16,987 nt of DNA from NCBI GenBank assembly GCA_043754515.1, contig JAYUUO010000042.1, positions 1 through 16,987 of the forward strand, read 5' to 3'. The translations under genes were made by a program, and so were the position numbers. Below are positions 1-8,289 of this stretch, one piece after another. Each line of letters opens with the position of its first letter. Position 1 is the first letter of the stretch. This DNA is from Armatimonadota bacterium (GTDB lineage: Bacteria; Armatimonadota; Armatimonadia; Armatimonadales; Armatimonadaceae). A model generated the notes under the pieces. It saw only the letters and a list, made by a program, of their open reading frames with translations, had not been told where the DNA came from and did no database searches.

Positions 1-259
1 TACGCGCGCACAGGGCGGCGCAGAACCCCGCGTCGGCGTCGGCATCCGCTCCGCGTAATCCGTGATGGAAGTGCGCGGCGGCGATCAGCGCGTCCGGCAC
101 CACTTGATGTAGCGCGAGCAGGAGCGCGGACGAGTCGGGGCCGCCGGACAGCGCGACGAGGATACGCGGCACCTCCCCCGGCAGCACCGCCGCCGTTTGC
201 GCCCGCACCGCATGCCCGACGGCGTCCGCGAGCGAGCCTGATTGTCCGCGCCCACTCAA
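1..259 (-). CDS. tilS: tRNA(Ile)-lysidine synthetase, N-terminal part (runs off the left edge of the window)
   Basis: Not in the ORF track. Manual minus-strand translation from TTG at 259 gives MSGRGQSGSLADAVGHAVRAQTAAVLPGEVPRILVALSGGPDSSALLLALHQVVPDALIAAAHFHHGLRGADADADAGFCAALCAR. This has the PP-loop SGGxDS and HxxHGLR motifs of TilS. The TTG overlaps the upstream TGA (TTGA). Confidence 0.93.
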   Translation of the reverse strand, partial: MSGRGQSGSLADAVGHAVRAQTAAVLPGEVPRILVALSGGPDSSALLLALHQVVPDALIAAAHFHHGLRGADADADAGFCAALCAR

Positions 260-978
260 GGGCTGACCTTCACGACGGCGAAGTAAGCCTCGTTCGACTC
301 GCCTGCCGCCACCTGCTTGTGAAACGTCTCCGAATCCGTCGCGCTGGCACCTAAAGGGCGGAAGAACGGTATCCCGAGTAACTGACTCAGTGCCATGACC
401 GTTGCGTCCTCGTCACTGCCCGCTACTGGCGAACCATCTTTGTTGCCGCCTGATCCAGCCATAAATCGCGCGAGTGCCCCGGCTTTCCATGCGGCCAAAG
501 AAAGGTACCTGGCGCGGGCCTCCTCCGGTGTCACACGAAGATGGTTCGCGAGTAGTGTGTACAGACCCGCTTCTACGCCGGGGACGGCATAGGCGACACG
601 CGCGGTCGGATCATCCCGGAGCGCGGCGAAGTGCGTAAGTACCTTGGTGTATGAGTTTTCATCAAACTCATCCGGTAGCTCCGTGAAGTAGTGCGGGTTC
701 GAGTCGTACGCGTCGCTCTTTTCGCCATCCCTAAAAAGACTGTAGCCCCAAATGTCGGAATCATACATCCACAGGCGAAGCGTCTCCGTTCGTAGCCGAT
801 GGGAGAGTTGTGCCGCGACATGATCACATTTTTCGCGCCCCGGTAGGGAAATAAGAACCCAGCCACTTACCGGTTCCTCCGCTACGGAACAAGGGTACGT
901 ACTGACGCCCGACAGAGCCGCCATCACCCATTCGGGGTCGGCGGCACGGACAAGGACGTTATCGAAAGAAATCCCCAT
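256..978 (-). CDS. hypothetical protein (240 aa)
   Basis: ATG ORF in an operon-like position with its stop overlapping the tilS start. Protein-like composition, including an LWMYDSDIWGYSLFRDGEKSDAYDSNPHYF segment. Function not recognised. Confidence 0.75.
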   Translation of the reverse strand: MGISFDNVLVRAADPEWVMAALSGVSTYPCSVAEEPVSGWVLISLPGREKCDHVAAQLSHRLRTETLRLWMYDSDIWGYSLFRDGEKSDAYDSNPHYFTELPDEFDENSYTKVLTHFAALRDDPTARVAYAVPGVEAGLYTLLANHLRVTPEEARARYLSLAAWKAGALARFMAGSGGNKDGSPVAGSDEDATVMALSQLLGIPFFRPLGASATDSETFHKQVAAGESNEAYFAVVKVSP

Positions 979-993
979 GATGAGGAAACCATT

Positions 994-1518
994 CTATCGC
1001 ACCCGGTAGGCGGCGATATACAGGCGTTCACGGTCGGTATCCAGTGCCTCCATCCCGCCCTTCGGCCCAGTCCAGTCGAAGGCCGTTCCCTTCCTGGTAG
1101 ACGCGGTGTCGAACCGAGACGCGACCCCGTAGCAAACTCCCCAATCCTCGAAGGCAGTGAGTCGTGGGTTAAGTCGGCTTTCTTGCTGATTCATGCAGGA
1201 GGGAGGCCTACGCGGCACCAGCGGAATGGCTAAATGCCCACCATCCCCCTCCGCGACCGACCAGACACGGAACCGTTGTTCCTGATACAGCCACCGCCGC
1301 CATAAAGGGACGCGCACCATCGCCATATCCGCGAACGCGCCATGGGATGTCGTCGCCCAAGCGTCGGGGTGTAGACACGGCAAAAACCACGGCTCGCGAA
1401 CGCCGGGACACCAGACCGCGGTGATCTGCCAGACGCGATAGATATACAGGGAGCGGCACAGCCACAAAATAACGCAAACGGTCAGCACCCGGCCGGCGAC
1501 GCGCCAGACCCGCTTCAT
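994..1518 (-). CDS. hypothetical protein with N-terminal membrane anchor/signal (174 aa)
   Basis: ATGA overlap with the upstream stop (1515-1518). Basic N-terminus followed by a hydrophobic stretch (MKRVWRVAGRVLTVCVILWLC). Confidence 0.65.
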   Translation of the reverse strand: MKRVWRVAGRVLTVCVILWLCRSLYIYRVWQITAVWCPGVREPWFLPCLHPDAWATTSHGAFADMAMVRVPLWRRWLYQEQRFRVWSVAEGDGGHLAIPLVPRRPPSCMNQQESRLNPRLTAFEDWGVCYGVASRFDTASTRKGTAFDWTGPKGGMEALDTDRERLYIAAYRVR

Positions 1519-3335
1519 TTCCCGGACGCCGGAACCGCCGCAGTCTCAACCGGCTTCGGCGTGTCCCGTGTCAAGCCGATGAACGCGAAGCACATCTCGT
1601 CCGTAGTCGCCTCGCCGAACCGCACCTCTTTCGGCGGTTGCGACGGCTGGTACGGGTTGTCGGCGGTGTTGTCGTACACCGCCCGCAGTTCGAGACGCGT
1701 CCCCTTTGGCAGTTTGATCGGCGTCTCATATCGATACGCCATCTGCCACTGGAACTCCCAGTCGTCCACCTTGATCAGCGGAACGATCTCGCCGGTCGGG
1801 GTCTTCGCCGTCACCGTCATCCGCTTGCCGAGGTAGTGCATGTGCGGCAGAATCTGGTACACCGTCGCGTCATAAGGGAGCATCATGGACGCCCGCACCT
1901 CATTGTTCGCGACATCGGGGCGTAGCGTCAGGAGCGGGTTGCCGAGTGCCGCCACGTGCAGAATGTCGGTGATCTTCTCCTCGGGCCGCGCCAAATGCAG
2001 GGCGATTCGTGACAGGTCCTTTTCCGGCTTGCCCGACTTGTGGTAATGCACCTGGAGCACGAGCCGCGCCCCCTTCGGCACCTTGATCGCCATGCCGGGG
2101 CGTAGCAACGCGGCGTTCATGCCCGGTGCCCAGCCCGCGCCCCAATCCCAACTTTTCACGCCCGAACCCGCGCCGGAAACGAGCCAGCCCGGCTGACCAT
2201 CCGGCGACTTGCCCTCTTTCTCCGCGCAGGTCGCTCCGGTCAGATCCAGAAACACGATCATGTGATGCACCACGGCGCGGTTCTGCGGCGAAAACTCAAT
2301 CGCCTTGATGTACGTGTCCTCGGGGAATGCGTCCCCGACCGCGAAGTCACGGTACACGTCGCCGCCGTCCGCATCCAGGGTGTACGCGGACGCGGGCTTC
2401 AGTACCCGGTTCGGGTTGCCCAGTTCCCACTCGGTGGCGCGGGGCGCGGGCGGCTTCGGCGCGTACCGGAGGTCGCCCGGCGCCGCCCCCGTGTCGTGCC
2501 ACCGGGCGAGCGTGGCAAGGTCGCTAGCGGACAACACGCGCTGGTCGGCGAACGGCCCGCCGAAGTGCGGGTCGGCTTTGAACGGCGGCATTTTGCGCGC
2601 CGCCGTATACGATTTGACCGCCGCCGACCAGAGCTTCGCGGAGCGGTAGTTGTCGAGCGGGAACGGCCCCGCGTCGCCCGCGCGGTGGCACGAAACACAG
2701 TTCTTGTTCAGAATCGGCGCGACATCATGGGCATAAGTGACGAAAGACCGGGCCGGGCTAGCCACGCGGAGGGGCGCGATCGCAAGGTCAATCGCGCACC
2801 CGAACGCCTGAGTTCGGGATTTGGCGACCGGCTTTCCGGCGAGCAGTTCGTCCAGCGCGAGCCGCGCGTCGCTACGAGTGACCAGTGTCTTGTCCGCGTT
2901 GTCATCCATGCGCCCGAGGTAGCGCACGGTGCCTGCCGGGTCAGTAATCACCGCTTCCGGGGTCGTCGTCGCGTGTAGCTGTCGCGCCAAGGTGCCGTCG
3001 GCGTCCCGAATACGCGTCACGCTTGCCAAACCCCGCTCCGTCGCCCAGTGGGCGAACCGCGCGTCGGTAAAGGACGCGTCCCCGCCGCTGTAGACAAGTC
3101 TCACCGACACGCCCCGCCCCGCGTAATCGCGGGCGAGTTCGGCGATGCGCGTCGCATACCGGTTCGCGATCGGGCACTCCGGCGACACGAACAGGTACAG
3201 GTTCGCGGCGGCGACCGCCCTAGTTCGCGCGGCGGGGACGCTTTCACCCGGAACCGGGGACGGCCTGGCGGCGAGCGGTAGGCAGAGGGCGGGCAGGAGC
3301 AATAGTAGCGGCAGTGACGGGCGGGGCAGACGCAA
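1515..3335 (-). CDS. secreted redoxin (thioredoxin-fold) + c-type cytochrome + copper type II (PHM/DBM-like) monooxygenase fusion protein
   Basis: Leu-rich signal peptide. AhpC/TSA-like region (LFVSPECPIANRY...TTPEAVI...YLGRMDD...FGCAI). Heme motif CVSCH with a downstream MPP. Copper-ligand motifs VVHHM, QVHYH, LPHMH and DEMC. Start placed at the in-frame TTG at 3335 downstream of AGAAGGA; the ORF track start is 3389. Confidence 0.88.
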   Translation of the reverse strand: MRLPRPSLPLLLLLPALCLPLAARPSPVPGESVPAARTRAVAAANLYLFVSPECPIANRYATRIAELARDYAGRGVSVRLVYSGGDASFTDARFAHWATERGLASVTRIRDADGTLARQLHATTTPEAVITDPAGTVRYLGRMDDNADKTLVTRSDARLALDELLAGKPVAKSRTQAFGCAIDLAIAPLRVASPARSFVTYAHDVAPILNKNCVSCHRAGDAGPFPLDNYRSAKLWSAAVKSYTAARKMPPFKADPHFGGPFADQRVLSASDLATLARWHDTGAAPGDLRYAPKPPAPRATEWELGNPNRVLKPASAYTLDADGGDVYRDFAVGDAFPEDTYIKAIEFSPQNRAVVHHMIVFLDLTGATCAEKEGKSPDGQPGWLVSGAGSGVKSWDWGAGWAPGMNAALLRPGMAIKVPKGARLVLQVHYHKSGKPEKDLSRIALHLARPEEKITDILHVAALGNPLLTLRPDVANNEVRASMMLPYDATVYQILPHMHYLGKRMTVTAKTPTGEIVPLIKVDDWEFQWQMAYRYETPIKLPKGTRLELRAVYDNTADNPYQPSQPPKEVRFGEATTDEMCFAFIGLTRDTPKPVETAAVPASGK

Positions 3336-3481
3336 GTTGTCGGGATTCCTTCTGGTTCTGTTATACGACGTCACGGGCGGGTTTGTCACGGCTAAACCCG
3401 CGCCTGATATGCAGGCTCAGGCAGGGACAACGAACCGCGCCGTCGAACCGTATAACGGATGGCGGGACCGATCCGCCAATC

Positions 3482-4642
3482 ATGCCCCCAATGTCAACGT
3501 CACTCCCCCCACTTCCCAAAGTCGCGCACCTGCTTCGCCCCGCGCAGGGCGGTATGCGCGAGTTGGTACGCACCCTGCTACTCGCGGCATTGCCCCGAAC
3601 GCCGCCGCTACTCATCGCGCCGGAGGAGACTCTAACAACGCTGGAGGACGCGGCCCCCGACCCGGATTCGCGGCTAGCCCTTCGCGTGGAAGGCTCAGCA
3701 CCCCACCACCAGATAGCCGCTGGTCAGGTCGCCGGTCGTTTCGCGCGGCAACACGGTGCCGGGGCGTTACACGGGCACGGACTTCGGTACGCCCCGCTGT
3801 TCGCCGCCGCGTCGGTCACGTCCGGGTTGCCGCTTGTGGTAACGCTACACAATCTCGTTCCGACCGACTTGAATGGGCTACAAAAAGCGGCGGCTCGGAC
3901 CGCGCTTTCCCGCGCCCACGCGGTGATCGCGGTCTCGCGGGCGGTCGCGGACAGTGCCGCCGGAGTCGTCACCGACCGGGAGCGCATCGTGATGATCCCG
4001 AACGGCATTGACATCACTCGCTTCGTGGTTCCCGGACAGGAGCGCGAAGCGCGGCGGCAAGAAGCACGCGCCGCCCTCGCGATCCCCATGAACGCCCCGG
4101 TGATCGTCTGCCTTTCGCGCCTGTCGCCAGAAAAGGACGTCTCAAACCTGCTCGAAGCGTTCGCGCTGGTGTCGCGCCATTCTCCCGAAGTCCGTCTGCT
4201 TGTCGCAGGCGAGGGACGCCTCCGCAAAACGCTCGAGTGGCACATCGAACTGCTCGGCTTACAGGGGAAGGCGCAACTACTCGGCGCATATGACAGGGAG
4301 CGGGTCCCCGACCTGCTGTTCGCTGCCGACCTGTTCGCGCTGTCGTCGCGCGAAGAGGGCTTGTCGCTCGCCGTCCTGGAAGCGATGGCGGCGGGACTGC
4401 CGGTCGTCGCCACGAACATCGGCGGCCTACCCGAGGCGGTCGCCGCGAACGAAACCGGGTTTCTCGCGCCGCCGCGTGACCCACCCGCGTTTGCCGCGTG
4501 CCTCGAAGCACTGATCGCCGATCCCGACCGACGCCGCGCCATGGGCCAAGCCGGTGCGCGATGGGTGGCGGAGCGGTTCACGGACACGGCGATGATCGCG
4601 GCCACGTTCGCGCTGTACGGCCAGGTCGCGAGCGGGCGGTGA
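3482..4642 (+). CDS. glycosyltransferase family 4 (GT-B fold)
   Basis: GGM near the N-terminus, LVVTLHN, IAVS, IPNGID, RLSPEKD and EGLSLAVLEAMAAGLPVVAT (ExxxxxxxE). Start ATG at 3482 or 3491; the ORF-track extension to 3314 overlaps the divergent gene. Confidence 0.92.
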   Translation: MPPMSTSLPPLPKVAHLLRPAQGGMRELVRTLLLAALPRTPPLLIAPEETLTTLEDAAPDPDSRLALRVEGSAPHHQIAAGQVAGRFARQHGAGALHGHGLRYAPLFAAASVTSGLPLVVTLHNLVPTDLNGLQKAAARTALSRAHAVIAVSRAVADSAAGVVTDRERIVMIPNGIDITRFVVPGQEREARRQEARAALAIPMNAPVIVCLSRLSPEKDVSNLLEAFALVSRHSPEVRLLVAGEGRLRKTLEWHIELLGLQGKAQLLGAYDRERVPDLLFAADLFALSSREEGLSLAVLEAMAAGLPVVATNIGGLPEAVAANETGFLAPPRDPPAFAACLEALIADPDRRRAMGQAGARWVAERFTDTAMIAATFALYGQVASGR

Positions 4643-6381
4643 GACGTACTTTACTCGCCGCGCTTCTCCTCACGCTAGTTTTGAGCGTCGCGGCGTTGCG
4701 CGGGCGTCTCGCCCCACGAACCACGCCGCTCCCGCCGACACCGCGCGGCGTGGTACTGGTGGTGGTCGAGGGACTGGACGCGCGAACCACCCCGACCGCG
4801 TTTCCGGGGTTCGATGCCTATGGTCTGATACCGACGCGCAACGGCACTGCGGATGAGTCTGATTTCGCCGCCGGTCTGCGCATGATTCTCGCCGGTTCTC
4901 GTGCGCCCCGTCCCGGTGCGCCGAGCCTGTCCGAGGTCGTTGAAAGAAGTGACGCTCCGATTACGGTCTATCCCTGTGTCGGCACGGGCGCGATTCGTGA
5001 CGCCCGGTTGCTCACGAATGGCCTGATGGCACCGGGCGGCCTGCCGGACGGCGTGTCACTCCTCGTAGTCGGCGTCACGCCGTCCCCGGCGGCACTCGCC
5101 CGGCGCGAACGCGTCGCGCCACTCCTCTACTGGCGCAGCGACAGGCGAGTCACACCGCCGCGTCTGCTGACGTCGCCTTCGACGCGGCGGGGGGCGGGGC
5201 TTGTCGCCGCCACGGATGTCGCCACCACGGTCGCCGCTCTCCTCGGATTGCCGCCCGATCAGCAACGCATCGGCGACGGGCGTCCTGCCGAGATGCTGGC
5301 TACTCCACCGGGCGACATATCGCGGTTCTTAGTGGACCGGGTGACGGTTTGGGGACTACAGGCACGGGAGCAGAAGCGGCTGACGGTACTACCCTGGGTG
5401 CTCGCCGCGCTGTTCGCCGTCGCCACCTTCGCGCGTTCCGCCCCTATTCGTAGCGGTATACGTGCCGCCCTTCTTGCGCTGCCTATCGCCCTGATAGCGG
5501 TCGCGCCGTTAGTCCCCGCTCCCGTCTCCACGGCGTTGCTCGGCGGATGGACGGTGTACGCGCTCGCCCTGATCCCGGTGATCGTTCTGGCCGGACTTGT
5601 GGCATTTCGCCCGGAAAGGTTCGAGCGTCTATCCCGCGTGATCGCCCTGGTCGCGGTCGTGATGCTGGTCGCTGACACGCTCGCGGGCGGCTACCTGCTG
5701 TCGCGCACGCCGTTCTCTTACTCGGTGCTGGAGGCGGCGCGGTTTTACGGGATCGGCAACGATGTGTCGGGTTTATATCTGGGCGCGGCACTGGTTGCGG
5801 TCGGAGCGGACGTGGGTCTGGTCGCCACTCTAATTGGGGGCGCGGCTATCGCCGTCGTTTCGGGTGCCCCCTCCCTCGGTGCGGACGCGGGTGGTTTTGT
5901 CGCCGATCTGGCGGCGTTTTGCGTGCTCGCGCTCGCGGGTAGGAGAACGGCGCGGGGCAACCGGGAGGCGGTGCTGGCGGCGGTAGCGATAGTGGCCGTC
6001 GTAGCCGCGTTCGCCTCGTGGGATGGATCGCGCCCGCCCTCGTCCCGAACCCACATCGGGGAGGCGGTATCGCAGGCGCGAGACCACGGTGCCGGTGTGC
6101 TCGTCGCGCTCATCGGGCGCAAAGTCGCGGTCAACTTGCGTCTACTGACGACATCACCCTGGTCGGTATTACTTTTCACGGAGATAGCGTGTACCGCGAT
6201 AAATCTTTACCGGAGCAAACGGCGGGGGCAAGTAATACTTGCCCCCGCCGCCAGTGACAGAGACCGTCAGCGAATCGCGCTGGTCGCCGCGATGATCGCC
6301 CTGTTCGTATTGAACGACTCCGGGGTTGTCGCGGGCGCGGTCTGTGGTATATGGCTGTTAGCGGTCGAGCCACCCCGCTAG
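4639..6381 (+). CDS. polytopic membrane protein with an N-terminal extracytoplasmic, alkaline-phosphatase-superfamily-like segment
   Basis: GTG at 4639 overlaps the GT4 stop (GTGA) and gives the signal/anchor MRRTLLAALLLTLVLSVAAL. VVLVVVEGL and GLVAATDVATTVAALLGL resemble the ends of the AlkP core. Many hydrophobic helices follow, with RFYGIGND, LGADAGG, THIG and NDSGV loops. Confidence 0.8.
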   Translation: MRRTLLAALLLTLVLSVAALRGRLAPRTTPLPPTPRGVVLVVVEGLDARTTPTAFPGFDAYGLIPTRNGTADESDFAAGLRMILAGSRAPRPGAPSLSEVVERSDAPITVYPCVGTGAIRDARLLTNGLMAPGGLPDGVSLLVVGVTPSPAALARRERVAPLLYWRSDRRVTPPRLLTSPSTRRGAGLVAATDVATTVAALLGLPPDQQRIGDGRPAEMLATPPGDISRFLVDRVTVWGLQAREQKRLTVLPWVLAALFAVATFARSAPIRSGIRAALLALPIALIAVAPLVPAPVSTALLGGWTVYALALIPVIVLAGLVAFRPERFERLSRVIALVAVVMLVADTLAGGYLLSRTPFSYSVLEAARFYGIGNDVSGLYLGAALVAVGADVGLVATLIGGAAIAVVSGAPSLGADAGGFVADLAAFCVLALAGRRTARGNREAVLAAVAIVAVVAAFASWDGSRPPSSRTHIGEAVSQARDHGAGVLVALIGRKVAVNLRLLTTSPWSVLLFTEIACTAINLYRSKRRGQVILAPAASDRDRQRIALVAAMIALFVLNDSGVVAGAVCGIWLLAVEPPR

Positions 6382-6387
6382 CCGACG

Positions 6388-6945
6388 CTAGAAGCGCAGT
6401 CCCACCATGCCTTCGAGGCCGCCGACAAACTGCTTATCGTACTTATACGGATAGTGGTACTTCACTTCGACGAAGCTCTGCTTGGTCAGGTTCAGACCGA
6501 CGGTGCCATAAAACCCGAAGATGAACTTGTCTCGGTTGGAGGTAAAGCCAGCCAGATTCATTTTCACGTCGTATAGTCCGATGCCCAGCCCGTAGAAGTA
6601 GGACTTTCGACCGTCCGTGAAGTTCTGCCCGATCGTGAGCGGAATAATCCGGAGGTCTTTCTGCTGAATGTAGCCGACCGAAATCACCGAGTACGAGGAG
6701 TTCAGTTCGACAAGATTTTGGGTCGTGTATTCGGCTTCGAGCGAAAATACCGCGGACGCCGAGGCCATACGCGCCTTGCTCTCCGAGGGTCCGAACACGC
6801 CGAGTTTCAGCGCGAACGGTTTGATCACCGCCGTTGGTATGTTCTGTGCTCGGGCGGGGGTGAATCCGCCGAGAACGCCGAGTGCGAGCGACGTAGCGAC
6901 GGTCATGATGCCGAACGCCGTATTGGTGCCGCGAAAAGTGGTCAA
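6388..6945 (-). CDS. outer membrane beta-barrel protein
   Basis: Signal peptide ending TPARA|Q, alternating amphipathic strands (YFYGLGIGLY, FYGTVGLNL, FVEVKYHY) and a C-terminal GMVGLRF beta-signal. AGGAGG at 6957-6952 is 6 nt from TTG 6945; ATG 6951 directly abuts the SD. Confidence 0.8.
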   Translation of the reverse strand: MTTFRGTNTAFGIMTVATSLALGVLGGFTPARAQNIPTAVIKPFALKLGVFGPSESKARMASASAVFSLEAEYTTQNLVELNSSYSVISVGYIQQKDLRIIPLTIGQNFTDGRKSYFYGLGIGLYDVKMNLAGFTSNRDKFIFGFYGTVGLNLTKQSFVEVKYHYPYKYDKQFVGGLEGMVGLRF

Positions 6946-7005
6946 CGCCATCCTCCTACTTATTCCGCCCACATAAAAAGTGCCGTGAGTCGGATTTCCT
7001 GCCCG

Positions 7006-7035
7006 ATTATAGGAACCCACGCCCCGTTATGTCAA
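7006..7035 (-). promoter_or_regulatory. sigma70 consensus promoter for the beta-barrel gene
   Basis: Minus strand TTGACA (7035-7030), 18 nt spacer, TATAAT (7011-7006): both hexamers are perfect consensus. Confidence 0.85.
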
Positions 7036-7115
7036 GCGGGGTCGCTTACCCTTAGAGGAATACCACGTCGCCAAAGTTGCGATAACGTTCTGGCGAACCG
7101 AATCCGCCTTTTCCG

Positions 7116-8075
7116 TTATGCCTTCGCGACTCCGACCGGCACCGGAATCCGGTTGATCAGGTCGGCGATAACCGCCGTGTCCCCGATGCCGCGAGCACGC
7201 GTCTCTGGCGTCAGCACGATCCGGTGCGCGAGCACGAACGGCGCGAGCGTCTTCACGTCATCCGGTAACACGAAGTCTCGGCCAAGCGTCGCGGCCAGTG
7301 CCTGCGCGGCGTGAAGCAGCGCGAGCGAGCCGCGCGGAGACGCCCCGACCTCGACCTGATGATGCTCTCTGGTCGCGGTCACGATGGCTACGATATACTC
7401 CTGCACCGATTTATGGACATGCACCGCCCGCACGGCGTCCTGGAGCGTGAGCAGTGCCTCTGTAGACAACACCGCCCGGATCGCGCCGATGGGGTGCGCC
7501 TTGACCTGGAGCGAGAGAATACGGATCTCGTCTTCGAGCGATGGGTAGCCGATAGAAAGGCGCATCAGGAACCGGTCGAGTTGGGCTTCGGGTAGGGCAT
7601 ATGTCCCGGAGTGTTCGATGTTATTCTGTGTCGCGATTACAAAGAAGGGTCGCGGGAGCGGGTGTGTCACGCCGTCGGACGTCACCTGTAACTCCTCCAT
7701 ACACTCCAGCAACGCCGCCTGTGTTTTCGGCGTCGCGCGGTTGATCTCGTCGGCGAGCACCACATTCGCGAAAACGGGACCCTGCCGGAACTCGAAGTCG
7801 AGGTTTTTCTGGTTGTAAATCGAGGTACCCGTGATGTCGGCGGGGAGGAGATCAGGCGTAAACTGGATCCGCTTGAACGCCGAGCCGAGGGACAGCGCGA
7901 GCGTCTTCGCGAGCGTCGTCTTACCAACTCCGGGGATATCCTCGATCAATAAGTGGCCGTTACACAGAAGTGAAACGACCGCCAGTTCCACCACGTCGCG
8001 CTTCCCGATTACGACTGTTTCCACCCGCTCTACTACCTGCCGGATCTGCTCTGCTACCTCTATGCTACTTGCCAT
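7116..8075 (-). CDS. moxR: MoxR family AAA+ ATPase
   Basis: GHLLIEDIPGVGKT (Walker A), RIQFTPDLLPADITG, VLADEINRA (Walker B), ATQN, LPEAQLDRF, GASPRGS. Confidence 0.95.
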   Translation of the reverse strand: MASSIEVAEQIRQVVERVETVVIGKRDVVELAVVSLLCNGHLLIEDIPGVGKTTLAKTLALSLGSAFKRIQFTPDLLPADITGTSIYNQKNLDFEFRQGPVFANVVLADEINRATPKTQAALLECMEELQVTSDGVTHPLPRPFFVIATQNNIEHSGTYALPEAQLDRFLMRLSIGYPSLEDEIRILSLQVKAHPIGAIRAVLSTEALLTLQDAVRAVHVHKSVQEYIVAIVTATREHHQVEVGASPRGSLALLHAAQALAATLGRDFVLPDDVKTLAPFVLAHRIVLTPETRARGIGDTAVIADLINRIPVPVGVAKA

Positions 8076-8107
8076 TCGTTCACCCTACCCGTGTGACTTT
8101 CCATGTG

Positions 8108-8137
8108 AGTGTAGCACGTCAGGTCGCCGCGCGTCAA
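8108..8137 (-). promoter_or_regulatory. putative sigma70 promoter for moxR
   Basis: Minus strand TTGACG (8137-8132), 18 nt spacer, TACACT (8113-8108), with an extended -10 TG at 8116-8115. Confidence 0.6.
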
Positions 8138-8289
8138 ACGCGCGAATTGCCCCGGCTTCGCGGAGGCGCGGCGAACCCTCAATGATCATGGCCATCAGCG
8201 GTTTCCTCCGCCCCGCCCGTGGATACAATATGGGGGCGTTTCGGGCACATCGCGCCAATCTGATCTAGAAACGACGGTGTAGCGCACTC

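Noticed and set aside
2262..4605. Long alternative ORFs 2262..2978 (+), 3145..4011 (+), 3724..4605 (-)
   Set aside because: They overlap well-supported genes, are Arg/Ala/Ser/Pro-rich and lack motifs: typical shadow ORFs of high-GC DNA.
4498..4638. N-terminal extension of the membrane protein given in the ORF track
   Set aside because: It overlaps the GT4 gene. GTG 4639 gives a clean signal sequence and stop-start coupling.
6946..7020. ORF-track start at 7020 for the beta-barrel gene
   Set aside because: It lies inside the consensus promoter; the SD points to 6945 or 6951.
8230..8268. Leader peptide MGAFRAHRANLI upstream of the GntA-like gene
   Set aside because: Its ATG directly abuts the putative -10 (TACAAT 8224-8229), so it would probably not be in the transcript. 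No SD or attenuator seen.
8180..8289. Guanidine riboswitch upstream of the GntA-like/DUF1989 pair
   Set aside because: Expected from DUF1989 biology, but I could not find twin ACGR-loop hairpins (class II) or recognisable class I/III cores by eye. An Infernal search would be needed to exclude it fully.
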